Part shown: piece after piece, positions 29,701-43,129 of the stretch | Position numbering within the stretch: position 1 is the stretch's first letter | Layout of the letters: every line of letters begins with the position of its first letter | Origin: the human T2T-CHM13v2.0 reference genome, Homo sapiens | Assembly: GCF_009914755.1 (NCBI RefSeq) | Contig: NC_060926.1 | Direction: 5' to 3' (one strand) | Length of the DNA stretch: 64,000 bases | Notes under the pieces: model-generated | The model's database searches: none | Told to the model about the DNA's origin: nothing | The model's input: the letters and a program-made list of their open reading frames with translations, nothing else | Made by a program: the position numbers and the translations under genes

Positions 29701-32700
29701 TTATTTCTTGTCTCTACTAGCTTTTGAATTTTTTCCTTTTGCTTCTCTAGTTCTTTTAATTGTGACGTTAGGGTGTCAATTGTAGATATTTCCTGCTTTC
29801 TCCTATGGACATTTAGTGCTATAAATTTTCCTCTAAACACTGCTTTAGCTGTGTCCCAGAGATTCTGGTATGTTGTCCCTTTGTTCTCATTGGTTTTAAA
29901 GAATTTACTTATTTCTGCCTTAATTTAGTTATTTACCTAGTAGTCATTCAGGAGCAGGTTGTTCAGTTTCCATGTAGTTGGCGATTTTGAGTGAGTTTCT
30001 TAATCCTGAGTCCTAATTTGATTGTACTGTGGTCTGAGAAACTGTTTGTTATGATTTTTGTTCTTTTGCATTTGCTGGGGAGTGTTTTACTTCCAATTAT
30101 GTGAATAAGTGCTATCTGTTGTTGAGAAAAATGTATTCTGTTGATTTTTTGTGGCGAGTTCTGTAGATGTCTATTAGGTCTGCTTGGTCCAGTGCTAAGT
30201 CCTGAATAACCTTGTAATTTTTTGTCTCCTTGATCTAATATTGACAGTGGGGTGATAAAGCCTTCCACTATTATTGTATGGGAGTCTAAGTCTCTGTGTA
30301 GGTCTCTAAGAACTTGCTTTATAAATCTGAGTGCTCCTGTATTGTGTGCATATATACTTAGGACAGTTAGCTCTTCTTGTTGTATTGATCCCTTATATGC
30401 CATTATGTAAGGGCCTTCTTTGTCTTTTTTGATCTTTGTTGGTTTAAAGTCTGTTTTATCAGAAACTAGGATTGCAACCCTTGCCTTTTTAGCTTTCCAT
30501 TGTCTTGGCAAATCTTCCTCCAGCCCTTGAGCCTATGTGTGTCTTTGCATGTGTAATGAGTCTCCTGAATACAGCACACTGATGGGTCTTGATTGACTCT
30601 GTATCCAATTTGCCCATGTGTGTCTTTAATTGGGGCATTTAGCCCATTTATATTTAAGGTTAACGTTGTTATGTGTGAATCTGGTTCTGTCATTTTGATG
30701 CTAGCTGGTTATTTTGCCCATTAGTTGATGCAGTTTCTTCTAGTGTCGACGGTCTTTACATTTTTGTATGTTTTTGCAGTGACTGGTACTGGTTTTTCCT
30801 TTCCATATTTAGTGCTTCCTTCAGAAGCTCTTGTAAAGCAGGCCTGGTGGTGACAGAATCTCTCAGCATCTGCTTGTCTGTAAAGGATTTTATTTCTCCT
30901 TCATGTCTGAGGCTTAGTTTGGCTGGATATGAAATTCTGGGTTGAAAATTCTTTTCCTTAAGAATGTTGAATGTTGTCCCCCACTCTCTTCTGGCTTGTA
31001 GGGTTTCTGCAGAGAGATCCACTGTTAGTCTGATGGGCTTCCCTTTGTGGGAAGCCCAACCTTTCTCTCTGGCTGCCCTTAACTTTTTTTTTTTTTTCAT
31101 TTCAACCTTGATGGATCTGAAAATTACGTGCCTTGGGGTTGCTCTTCTCAAGGAGTATCATAAGATGTTCTCCGTATTTCCTGAATTTGAATGTTGTCCT
31201 GTCTTGCTAGGTTGGGGAAGTTCTCCTGGATAATACCCTGAAGTGTGTTTGCCAACTTGGTTCCATTCTCCCTGTCACTGTCAGTACACCAATCAAACGT
31301 AGGTTTGGTCTCTTCACATAGTCCCATATTTCTTGGAGGCTTTGTTGGTTCCTTTTCATTCTTTTTTCTCTAATCTTGTCTTCACACTTTATTTCATTAG
31401 GTTGATCTTCAATCTCTGATATCCTTTCTTCTGCTTGATCAATTCAGCTGTTGATACTTGTGTATGTGTCACGAAGTTCTTGTGTGTTTTTCATCTCCAT
31501 CAGGTTATTTATGTTCTTCTCTAAACGGGTTATTCTAGTCAGCAGTTCCTGTAACCTTTTACCAAGGTTCTTAGCTTCTTTTCATTGGGTTGGAACATAC
31601 TCCTTTAGCTCAGAGGAGTTTTTTATTACCCACCTTCTGAAGCCTACTTCTGTCAGTTAATCAAACACATTCTCTGTCCAGTTTTCTTCCCTTGCTGATG
31701 AGGAGTTCTGATCATTTGGAGGATAAGAGGCTTTCTGGTTTTTGGAATTTTCAGCCTTTTTGTGCTCGTTTTTCCTCACTTTAATGGAACTGTCTACCTT
31801 TGGTCTTTGATGTTGGTGACTTTCAGATGGGGTTTTTGAGTAGTCATCTTTTTTGTTGATGTTGATGCTATTGCTTCCTGTTTGTTAGTTTTCCTTCTAA
31901 CAGTCAGGCCTCTCTTCTGCAGGTCTGCTGGCATTTGCTGCAGGTCCACTCCAGACGTTGTTTGCCTTGGTATCACCAGTGGAGGCCGCAGAACAACAAA
32001 TATTGCTGCCTGCTCCTTCCTCTGGAAGATTTGTCCCAAAGGGGTACCTGCCAGATGCCAGCTGGAGCTCTCCTTTATGAGGTGTCTGTTGACCCCTGCT
32101 GGGAGGTGTCTCCCCATCAGGAGCCATGGGGATCAGGGACCCACTTGAGGAGGCAGTGTGTCCTTTATCAGAGTTCGAGCGGTGTGCTGGGAGGCCTGCT
32201 TCTCTCTTCAGAGCTGGCAGGCAGGAACGTTTAAGTCTGCTGAAGCTGTGCCCACATCAGTCCCTTCCCTGAGGTGCTCTGTCCCAGGGAGATGGGAGTT
32301 TTATCTATAAGCGACTGACTGGGGCTGCTGCCTTTCTTTCAGAGATGCCCTGCCCAAAGAGGAGGAATCTAGAGAGGCAGTCTGGCTACAGGGGTTTTGC
32401 GGCACTGTGGTGGGCTTTGCCCAGTCCAAACTTCCCTGTGGCTTTGTTTGCACTGTGAGGGGAAAACCACCTACTCAAGTCTCAGTAATGATGGATGCCC
32501 CTCCCCCCACCAAACTCAAGTGTCCCAGGTCGACTTCAGACTGCTATGCTGGCAGCAAGAATTTCAAGCCAGTGGATCTTAGCTTGTTGAGCTCCATGGG
32601 GGTGGGATCTGCTGACTAAGATCACTTGGCTCCCTAGCTTCAGTGCCCTTTCCAGAGGAGTGAACTGTTCTGTCTTGCTGGCATTCCAGGGACCACTGGG

Positions 32701-33120
32701 GTACAAAAAATTCCTGAAGGTAGCTTGGTGTCTGCACAAATGGCCACCCAGCTTTCTGCTTGAAACCCAGGGCCCTGGTGGTGTAGGCATCCAAGGGAAT
32801 CTCCTGGTATGCGGGTTGCAAAAACAGTGGGAAAAGTGTAGTATCTGGGCCAGATAGCTCTGTCCCTCATGTCACAGTCCCTCATGGCTTCCCTTGGCTA
32901 GGGGAGGGAGTTCCCTGATCCCTTGTGCTTGCCAGCTGACGTGACACCCCACCCTGCTTTGGCTCATCCTCCATCGGCCGCACCCACTGTCTAACCAGTC
33001 CCAGTGAGATGAGCCAGGTAGCTCAGTTGGAAATGCAGGAATCACTCATCTTTTGCGTTGGTCTCCTTGGGAACTACAGACTGGAGCTGTTCCCATTCAG
33101 CCATCTTGCCTGGGAATCCC
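26718..33120 (-). mobile_element. Full-length (about 6.4 kb) LINE-1, L1PA7-like, with both ORFs disrupted
   Basis: The minus strand starts GGGATTCCCAGGCAAGATGGCTGAA (YY1-type AAGATGG). About 1.3 kb of GC-richer 5'UTR. ORF1 remnants (GKPIRLTVDLSAETLQARREW, NFQPRISYPAKLS), ORF2 endonuclease remnants (TLNINGLNAPIK, CCIQETH) and RT remnants (QGCPLSP, FADDM). 3'UTR GAAATACCTAATGTAGATGACGGGTTGATGGG...GTATCCCAGAACTTAAG. Flanks CCTATAT / CCTGTAT are a possible TSD. Confidence 0.96.
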
Positions 33121-33889
33121 CCTGTATAAGGTTTTTCTAAGCTTTCAGATTCAAATAAAATTGGCAATGTTTCTTCCAAAACCTCCTGGAAGACCAAGGA
33201 CCTCCCTAAGATTTCTATGAATCCCCAAAGACATACATTTTTGTGACCTCCTCAGGCTTTGAATCCTGGTCTTACCAAACTCTGTCTTGTTTCTGAATTC
33301 TCTTGGTTTTCTCCTACATTATTCTATAACTATAGAATAATTATTCTATAGCATCTATTAACAGTTACCTGTTGGAATCTGACTAATGTCTTTAATAGTG
33401 GAAGTAGCAGTTAGGGAGAATAGTTGGGAGTAGGCAGAAGCAGCAATTCTATAAGCAGAAATCTAAAGGTAAGAGGGAGTATTAGAAATAGAGTGAGAGA
33501 AAACAAAACAGCACCAAGAAAACATGACAATAGAAAGTGGGATGTGGTTACAGTGAGTGGGGTTAACCATTAAACATATCTTTTGTGGGGATGGATAAAA
33601 TACTGTCAAGTAGATGGATACCTGGTACCTTCTTGACTGTAAATACAGTTTATTTGGAAAGTGTTATGCTCTAGGAAGAAAAGCTCTTGTATTTAGAACA
33701 CTTACACTAACAAGGCAAGGGCTTAAAAACAGCATTCAAAGTAAGAAAATCAGCAGTGCTTGAGATGTTTAAGTTAGTGCTGTCACACATACAACTGTAG
33801 TCTTATGCGAAGACTGGAAAATCAAGAGTAGGGGCCACAGTCAGAGCTTCCAACAAATGCTCAGAGAGAGGCATTTGTGGTCCCCAAAA

Positions 33890-34030
33890 TCCATTGCCTT
33901 GGAGCCAAGTGTGACTCTGGATAATTTATTCAGCACCTCTGAAGCTCATTTCTTCATTTCTGGAATGAGAAATTGACCATATCTCCAAGGTTTCTTATAA
34001 TCTTATAATTTAGTGACTCCATAGTTTTTT
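33890..34030 (+). mobile_element. MIR/MIR3 remnant
   Basis: GTGTGACTCTGGATAATTTATTCAGCACCTCTGAAGCTCATTTCTTCATTTCTGGAATGAG. Confidence 0.55.
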
Positions 34031-35613
34031 TTTTAACTGCCATGTCCTTCATACTAACATTTTAGGATTTATATGTTAATTGAGTCATGGTGACATTTAA
34101 TAGTTTATCTTAGTTGAAGGTGAAATTTGCTGATATAGGAAAACATTGAAACCTCAAGAGAGAAAGGTTATTCTCACTTATTAATCTACCTCTCTGGATA
34201 TTTCAAATTATCAGATACTTATTGCCTCTGACCTCTACAAGGTACCACACTAGGACTATTAGGAGTATAGAAATGAATAAAATATCATTTCTACTATTAA
34301 GAAACTTGAGACGAGGAACCAGAAGACATGTACTTAAGATGAACTAAGATGAGTAAATAAAGTAAATTCATGATGTTAGAGAAGTTACCTAATAAGCCTT
34401 TGGTTCAGATCCCTAAACTATGATACATAAATATGAATATTTTATCTGACATTATATACATACACATGCACAAACACAGATAAAGAAATACATATAAATA
34501 CTTTGTGTATATACTTGGGTTAACACACATACATATATACATATCCTGCCTCTCTTTGCCGAGGAGACTTAGAAGAAGTGAAATAATAGTAGCAATAAAC
34601 CCAAGTAGCATCCAGATCATGATCTCTAACTACCATTATCTAACACAAGGATTATCTGGAGAAATAGTTGGTTCCAGGTCTGAGTTAGAGAAAATATAAG
34701 ATGAATCTAAAGCATTCTGTGATATCTGAAAATAAGAATGTGTTGAAAGAATTTTTTTGACAGAGCAATTTCCAAAGGATACAGAAACAACCTGAAAGAA
34801 TGACTAATGGCAAAAGCTGCAACAATTTGAGCAAGAAAATAAATAATGACAAAAGTAAATTATAATCCAAAGGGAAAAATATCTGATTTTATTCTTATAT
34901 AAATAAATGACAAATAAATGAGTAAGTGAGGGAGAAGGGACAACTCTCCATCAAATAAAACCTCTAAGTAATGAATGTAGACTCCATGAGAAAAAATAGA
35001 TAATTACCACTAGAATACTACAATAATAATCACTGCAGGCAAAATCCACTAAGGAATGCTAAAAGTATTGAATGAAAGCTTAAAAAGAAACAGAACATTT
35101 ATATAGCCCCAAAGTATCTAGCCCAAAAATGTATTAATTACTGTGATTGCTTTAACATATGTCCACAAATACTTTGATACTTCTCCCCACAGGAGGTGAA
35201 TCAATTTTTCTTCCTTTGAGAATTAGCTCAACTAGTGAGTCACTTCTATGGAAAGGGAGAAAATAGTAACCTCACAGTAGAGAAAGATTAACCAAGTGTT
35301 AGTTTGCTAGGACTGCCATAACCAAGTTCTACAAATGGAGTGGCTCAAACAACAGAAATGTATTTGGTCTTATAGTTCTGGAAGCTTGAAATTGAAAATC
35401 AGGTTATTGACAGAGTTGGTTCCCTCTGAGGGCTGTGAAGAAAGATCCCTTCTGTGGCTCTCTCTGAGCTTCTAGTTGTTTGTTGGCAACTTTTGGCATT
35501 CTTTGGCTTACAGAAGCATCACCCCAATCTCTGCCTACATCTTCACATGGCATTCTCATGTTAGTGTCTATGTCCAAATTACCTCTTTTTATGAAGACAG
35601 CAGTCATAGTGGG

Positions 35614-36364
35614 TGATATGGTTTGGTTCCGTGTCCCCTCCTGATATGGTTTCGTTGTGTCCTCACCCGAATCTCATCTTGAACTCTAGTTCTCATAATC
35701 CCCGCCTGTCATGGGAGGGACCCAGAGGGAGGTAATTGAATCATGGGGGTGGTTACCTCCATGCTGTTCTGATTATAGAGTGAGTTCTCACGAGATATAA
35801 TGGTTTTATAAGGGGTTTTTTTCCCCCTCTTTGCTCTGCACTTCTCCTTGTTGCCACCATGTGAAGAAGGACATGTTTGCTTCCCCCTTTGCCATGATTG
35901 TAACTCTCCTGAGGCCTCCCCAGCCCTGCGGAACTGTGAGTCAATTAAACCTCTTTCCTTTATACTCGGTCTCAGCTATGTCTTTATTAGCAGTGTGAGA
36001 ACAGACTAATACATTGCCCAAATCTCATGTTGAATTGTAATCCCCAGTGATAGAGGAGGGGACTGGTGGGAGGTGATTGGATCACAGGGGTAGACTTCCC
36101 CCTTGCTGTTCTTGTGACAGTGAGTGACTTCTCATGATATCTGGTTGTTTAAAAGTGTGTAGCTCCTAGCCATGTAAGACATGCCTGCTTCCCCTTCATC
36201 TTCTGCCATGATTGTAAGTTTCCTGAGGCCTTCCCAGAAGTTGAGCAGATGCTGTCATGCCTCCTGTACAGCTTGTGGAATCATGAGCCAATTACACCTC
36301 TTTTCTTTATAAATTATCCAGTCTCAGGTATTTCTTTATAGCAATGTGAGAATGGACTAGTACA
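35614..36364 (+). mobile_element. MSTA/B-like solo LTR, split by a THE1 LTR
   Basis: TGATATGGTTTGG start; resumes CCCAAATCTCATGTTGAATTGTAATCCCCAGTG at about 36017; ends GGACTAGTACA. TSD GTGGG / GTGGC. Confidence 0.85.
35642..36013 (+). mobile_element. THE1C/D-like solo LTR
   Basis: TGATATGGTTT...GGGAGGTAATTGAATCATGGGGG...GTGAGTCAATTAAACCTCTTTCC...ACAGACTAATACA; 372 bp. Confidence 0.88.
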
Positions 36365-37850
36365 GTGGCTTAGGGACCCACCCTATTCCAATAGGGTTAA
36401 GACCTCATCTTACAACTAATTACATCTGCAAAGAACTCTTTTCTAGTAAGATTACATTCTGAGGTACTGTTGAGGTTATGACCTCAACATAGGAATTTCA
36501 GTGGGGACATAATAACCCATAGCGCTAAGTGATAAATGTTAACATCACCAATAATAAATCATATCAATACCACATAGCCCAATACTATGTAATTAGAATA
36601 CATCATCTCTGTGGTATTCTTCCCCAAAATTCATAACCTAAGATGAATAATGAGAAAACATAAGCCAAACCTTTATTGAGGGGCAATGCAAAAGTACTTG
36701 ACCACTACTTTTTAACAGTGTTAAAGCACTGAAAGAAAAGAGAATGCTAAGTAATTGTCACAGATTAGAGGACACAAAAGAGATATGACAACTAAGTGTA
36801 ATGTGGTATTCTGGTTTGAATCCTAGAACAGAAAAAGGACATTAGTGGAAAACTAGGGAAATTGAATAGTCTGTAGTTAATAGCACTGTGCCAATGTTAC
36901 TATCTTAGCGTTTTGATAACAGAATTGTCGTTATATAAAATATTAAAATTAGAGGAAGCTGGGTGATAGGTATACAGAAAATATCTGTATTATCTTTGCA
37001 ATTCTTCTATAAATCATGTTTTTGCAAAATAAGACATTTTTAAATGAAGAAAACATGAATTCAGGGTATTAGAGTCTTTTATTGACATTGTGCATCAATT
37101 CTAGATTGAAGTAGGAGGTAAGTTCTACTAAATGATACTTTCAATGGGTTAATTGTCCAAACGATGGACATAAGAGCACTAGAATCTATGATAGTGTAAT
37201 TAGTTGACTTCATCTGAATCACTAAAATATGGCACAAAAATGTATGTTACTCTAGGAGGATCCACAAGTTTCAAAACAAGTAATATTCCTACAAGCATCT
37301 TTATAGAGACCAAATACAGCTTGTTAGAATCAGGATGTTATAAATTATTTTAAAAATATATGTATGAAATAATGCATTATTGTTGATATAGGAAACACTC
37401 CTGGAAATCACAAGACATGATTGTTTCAATAGACATGTGGCAGAGTACATAAATTGGCAAGTACACAAGAAGAAATATATAACTAGCTTCACCCACTGCA
37501 ATAAATCATTACTTAGTTAAAAAAATTAAGAAAATATTAAGTGCTTTTCCATACAAATTTAGCAAGTAAGGTAATAAATCCTACTGTTGGTGTAAACAGA
37601 TATGCTACTATAATGTTGATAGGCATGTCAATTGATATAAGCTTTTTGTTATTTCTTACCAAAAGTTTAAAAATATTCAGTCGTTAACTCAACAATTTAT
37701 CTTCCAGTAATTAAACTGAAGTAAATAATGCAATAGGGATATTTATACAATGAAAAAATTGAAACAGCCTAAATGTCTAAGGACAGAAGTATGATTAGAA
37801 ACTACAAAATCCGTAGAAGAATATTTAAACACTTAAGATTATGTATATAG

Positions 37851-38143
<293 letters not shown>

Positions 38144-38210
38144 CAGTGATATCTTAATGATACTGTTACATATGAAAAGCAGGTTACAAATCATATTACT
38201 ACATATAAAT

Positions 38211-38238
38211 TGTGTGTGTGTGTGTGTGTGTGTGTGTG
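38211..38238. repeat. (TG)n microsatellite
   Basis: Direct reading. Confidence 0.95.
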
Positions 38239-38993
38239 CACATGTTGATATAGGAGGGAGAGGGCAGGAAGAAGGAGAATAGAGCAGCAAAGGTCTCTTA
38301 GAATGCTGAAGTTATCATCTCTGAGAAGTTGTGAATATCTATCAACTCTTAGCTGATTTTTTCTCATTTCTATATGTATTTTGGCATTCATAGTTCTACT
38401 CTTAGTCTTAGCCCCCTAATCTATATCACAAAACAATGCACCTGTTTATTAATAGACACATTAGATTTCTTCCTTATGAATATATTCATTTCTTTGTACC
38501 AAAATGTCATATCTAAAATGTTTTTATTGGAACACTGTGACTCCTAGAGAAATTTCCTGCTTGTATTTGAAGATTGCAACAACAGAGTAGAACAAAAACA
38601 ACTGCTCCATCCCCTCTTCTCTAATGATATTCATTATCATCTTCTCTATTCATGCAGAACTCATTAGAACTGTAGACACCCCTAGTTTGAGTTACAAAAT
38701 ATTTCAGATAACATTTTCAATGCTTCAAAACTTTAGTCAATAGATTTCATCCATTTTTGGCTTTCTTGATGTAAAATAAATAAATGATATTATGAATAGT
38801 AAAAATTTGCATCTGTCTCTTTTTCGTCTGAAAAATATTACTGTATACATCTATTTTCCCAGTAGATTGAGACATAACAACTATAAATATATTTGATAAG
38901 AAGAGAAAAATAAATGTGTGGAAATGCAAGGTTTCATTTAATATCCTTCTGTATAACTTACTTGCTAGAAAATCAGCCATGCCTATAAGTAAG

Positions 38994-39633
38994 TGTAGTG
39001 GCTTTGCACTGTCAGTTAAGTGAAGCTGGAATTTTTCTCAGATTTCTCATCCCCGTGGTTCTGCATCAGGAGTGATCACAGGGTAATTTGCATGAAGCTT
39101 GGAAGGCAGAAGTGAAGCATAGTAGCCATGTTTTCCTTCAGAGGTCCAGTTCAGAATCTCATGCTGTTGCAAATCACACAATCATCACTGATCTACTTGC
39201 TTATCTTCTTGGCTTGGGCTAGCAGCTCCTCTAGCTCCCTTCTGACTTCTTCCTCCAGTTTCTTGCAATCCTAGTTTAGATGCTTATTCAGCATCAGAAC
39301 CAACTATGCCAATGTTTTCTGCAAGTCACTAGCATTACTGAAATTGGAGTCAGTGAAGACAGGAGGAAGTTGCAGTTTGTCATAGTCTTTTCCAGTTCAT
39401 CCTCATGGGTTCCATTTCATCCCTGGCTCAGCAACATTTCACATCCATCTTCCATTCCCACCTGCCTTACTGCTGATTTCATATACATCACCAGATAGAG
39501 AAGTGAGAGCCTCAAATGGAGTGCTGAACCAGCTCCTGCAATTGTGTAAGGTCAAACTTCTATACAATGTTCTTCATTCTATGTCATTCATAATGGCTTT
39601 GCTTCTCTGTTCAAACCCAACTGTTTTTGATAC
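38994..39633 (+). mobile_element. ERVL solo LTR (MLT2E/F-like)
   Basis: TGTAGTGGCTTTGCACTGTCAGTTAAGTGAAGCTGGAA start; ends AATTGTGTAAGGTCAA...GCTTCTCTG...TGATACA. Confidence 0.7.
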
Positions 39634-39664
39634 ATGCATAATAATACAGTAAAAAAAATACGTA

Positions 39665-39835
39665 ATAAGGCTTTGGGCCTTTGAGGCCCAGCCCTTCCAA
39701 CATTTCCTGTATAAACTAGGAATTACCTCTAAACTAAGAATAATAACACTATCTTGAAATGTTATTAGGAGTATTAAAAAGAATGTATGCAAAGTGCCTG
39801 CACATAGCAGACCCCAAATAAATGATAGCTATTAA
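39665..39835 (+). mobile_element. MIR remnant
   Basis: GTATGCAAAGTGCCTGCACATAGCAGACCCCAAATAAATGATAGCTATT. Confidence 0.6.
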
Positions 39836-42800
39836 TAGTATAAATTCTTATTTATAATTATTAATAGTACAAATATTTTATACAATTTTTAAAGCCCTCA
39901 CCCAAAACAGCATTCCACAAGAAATAGAGATATATACCATTCAGATAAAGCATTTGTAAAAAGTTGGAATGTTTATTAAAATACCTATCACGCATATGAA
40001 TAATTAGTGAATGTAAAAAACATTAAAATACTCAATTGAGGTTGTATAAAAACCTCATACTAGAAAAATTAATGAACATAAGCTCTTAAGAGAAGTCAGG
40101 TTAGTGATACTGAGGAGTGGAGCCACCCTACAGACTCTCATAAACATTTCTATCTTCATTGAAAAAAACTGAACAAAGCAACTTTCTAACTACTGACCAT
40201 ATAAGGGTCTTGTCAAGCATATTAAATGAGCAATAAGGTCTAATATATACTGATTTTTAACATAATTTCTTATCAGAATCAGTATACTCTTTTGCCCCAA
40301 GAATCAGCAGCTCATCAGCTTATACAATTGAGCCACTTTGCTATAGACAATAAGGATACTTAACAGGTATTTGTGCTCTACCTAAACGTTCAAACCTTCC
40401 TGGTTTTATAAAAGAGATTACAATTCTCCTCTGCAGATTCTTGTTCCATCAATATAGTATGTATCCAATCCCAGTCCCTACTTTCAGATGAAATATCAAT
40501 GTGGTTCTAAGACAACAGTTTAATTTCCCTCATATTCTTTTTTTCTTTCTCAAGGCTTTTTGACAAATCTTGTGTCTGATATCTACAAAGTGCTAGTTTC
40601 GCTTACTCATCTCCAGTTATTTCTTTTTCTTATTGTGCCCTTATCCTCTTACTATCCCCAGCTAACTTAAAATTTATTCAACACCTATATATTGGAACCA
40701 AATTCTTGTTGTTGAAAAGTTTATTTTTAAACATTCATCATGCTTGCAAGTTATGTGTACTTCTGTTATTTCCAAGTGTAAGCTCAAAGTTTTATACTCA
40801 TCCAATGGTACAATATAGAATGGAAAGTGTTCTAGAGCATGGTGGATTATACTATCCTTAGGTCCAAACTTAAACTTACTAGAAATAAAAAAATCTGCTT
40901 TTCTTTCCATTATGTCATGTTGCAAAGAGATTGGCATCCTTTATCTGTAGATGACCATGTGCCTGAGATGCAAGCTATAAGAACTAAGCAAAATTATGCA
41001 CTTACTGTTGAAAATATGTGATAGTTCACTATTACTTTAAATGGGTATACTGATTAATCTCATCCCAGTGTCTCTCATTTGAAGCAAGACAGTTCTTTGT
41101 TATGTCCATATATGTTCTTTACATGGAAAGAAATTTAGCATCCCTGGCCCACAAAGCACTTAATACAAATAGCAACCCTTCCTTAGTCACTGTGACTAGA
41201 AAAAAGCATTGTTTCCCTTTTTCCCCTTCATTCCAAATATTGTCATTGAGCACTTGGATAAACAAATCACATAAATTAATTTAAATAGTATTATATTTGG
41301 ACAAGGAAATAATCTAGTTTTATCATTTGCTAGCACTTATTTATATTCACTGAACATTTTTCCAGAATCAATTTAACTTGCAATCATACACACAATATAG
41401 ACACACGCTCTTAGATTCTGTGTATTACTCCACCATAACTAATGTTCTTTTACTTTTGACTAATGTTCTACCCAATTCCTAAAGTTTAATGTTTTCTATA
41501 AGAGTTTCGGCAATCCTAATTCTAATCTCCATTCCCATTTTGCTTTTATTTGATGTATTTTTGTCTCTTAGGGGTCCTTTAGTCCTGTCCTATCCCTCCA
41601 CTAGTCTTCCTGATTACTTGAAAGCGTTATGAGACAGAAACAGATCTCATAGCAATGGATTCTTTGAAGACACGGCTAAAAGGAGCATCTTTTCTTACCA
41701 GCAAATATTTTTCCTATTTGTATAAAACTTTTCAACAAATTTAACATTGCTTCATGATATTTCCTAAGGACATTCATACCTTCTATATTTAGTCCTAAAA
41801 TAACACATCAATAATGCTGGTATGAGAATAATCTTCACTCCCTAGTTGCAAAGGAGGTAGATTTTATGCAATGTTTTTACAGCATGCTTAAGTGTCTCTG
41901 AGAATATTATGTAACAAGGATGACTATGAGCTATTTGATATTTCACAATGGTTAACATGTTCGTTGCATTTTAAAGGTGAATTTGAAAAAATTTGAGTCA
42001 GTTCTCTCAAGACTTCTACTCAATAATTTGTGTAAACAAACTTCTGAATGATCAAGCTGAACCTGAATTCCAAACTATTTCAAGCTCATCTATTTCTGTT
42101 AAGCCTATCCTTAATGGTCTTATCATTCACTCTTGCTATTTATAATACTATAGAGACTACTGTCATTCAAAAGCATGATTAACAGCATTCCTAAAAACAC
42201 TGTTACTCAAATATGTTATGTATAACACTTCTGAGACCACTGCTGTGTGAAAGTGCTTTGACAGTCCTGTTGATACTACTTACTTGACCACAATCTCCCA
42301 GTACCACTGATGGCACTGCTGTTTTGCTAACACAGCTAATAACAATAGCACTATCATTTTCTTACTTGTCAGACTTTGTTTTTAGACCTGGTGCTAACAG
42401 TTGATAGGCACTACAGAGTCCTAATAAATTCTCATTTAAACATTAACCAAGTCAGACTAAAAATGCCATTCCCTGACAAAAGAAAAATATTTGTATTATT
42501 AGAAAGAGCTTTGAAGTTCAAAATATTACATTCGTCTTTCACTACTCACAAATTCATTCTTTAGCTATATAATCAGATAATTACAAAGCTAGCAAGAAGT
42601 TCTAGAAATTAACCTAGTCTACTGTTACTTAAACTGGTGATATAGGCATATTATTAAAGGTCAGTGAGGTCCATGAGAACTTTGTTTTATGGTTTTAATC
42701 TAATAATAATCTTTTAAAGTTATTTTACTAGCAATAGTGGCTAAACTTTACATCTAATTTGCAATTCAAGATATAGTTTAATAAAACCATTTCTAAAGTA

Positions 42801-43014
42801 TTTTTCAAACAACTATACTGGAAGGTACATAAAAATTTTCTTCTAAAAGGAGTCTAGCAACTATTAAAACTTGAGAAATATTTCTTAAGACAGTAATGTT
42901 CTTTCTCATCAGAACTAATATGGAGTCAACCTAGATTAAAGAGTAGCTGGTTCAAAATATTCAAGGAAGAGTATATTTGTTTAGTTGACCTTGGCATCCT
43001 TACACACAATACAC

Positions 43015-43075
43015 ATTCTGGAAATATAATATATGAATGGATGAAAGGATGGATGGATGGATGAGCTAATGAATA
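43015..43075. repeat. (GGAT/GAAT)n simple repeat, likely an L2 tail
   Basis: TGAATGGATGAAAGGATGGATGGATGGATG. Confidence 0.7.
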
Positions 43076-43129
43076 AACAATCTCATTTGGTAATGGTATT
43101 TCAAGATTTTATAGCAAGAAACAAAAAAA

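Larger units (their letters stand above)
35297..36524 (-). mobile_element. MLT1B/C-like solo LTR, split by an MST LTR
   Basis: TGTTAGTTTGCTAGGACTGCCATAAC start; 5-bp TSD CCAAG (35292-35296) / CTAAG (36525-36529). Confidence 0.85.
34400..37035 (+). mobile_element. L1MC-like 3' end hosting nested LTRs
   Basis: TTAACCAAG / TGATAAATGTTAACATCACCAATAAT joins cleanly across the insert. AAGTGTAATGTGGTATTCTGGTTTGAATCCTAGAACAGAAAAAGGACATTAGTGGAAAAACT is characteristic of L1MC 3' ends. Confidence 0.8.

Noticed and set aside
31794-32885. Cluster of overlapping 60-107 aa ORFs
   Set aside because: All lie in the GC-richer L1 5'UTR, where chance ORFs are frequent. I could not identify an intact ORF0.
42600-42890. 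Possible hAT/Charlie remnant (similar hints at 24050-24210 and 63280-63530)
   Set aside because: Resemblance too weak to name or bound without an HMM search.
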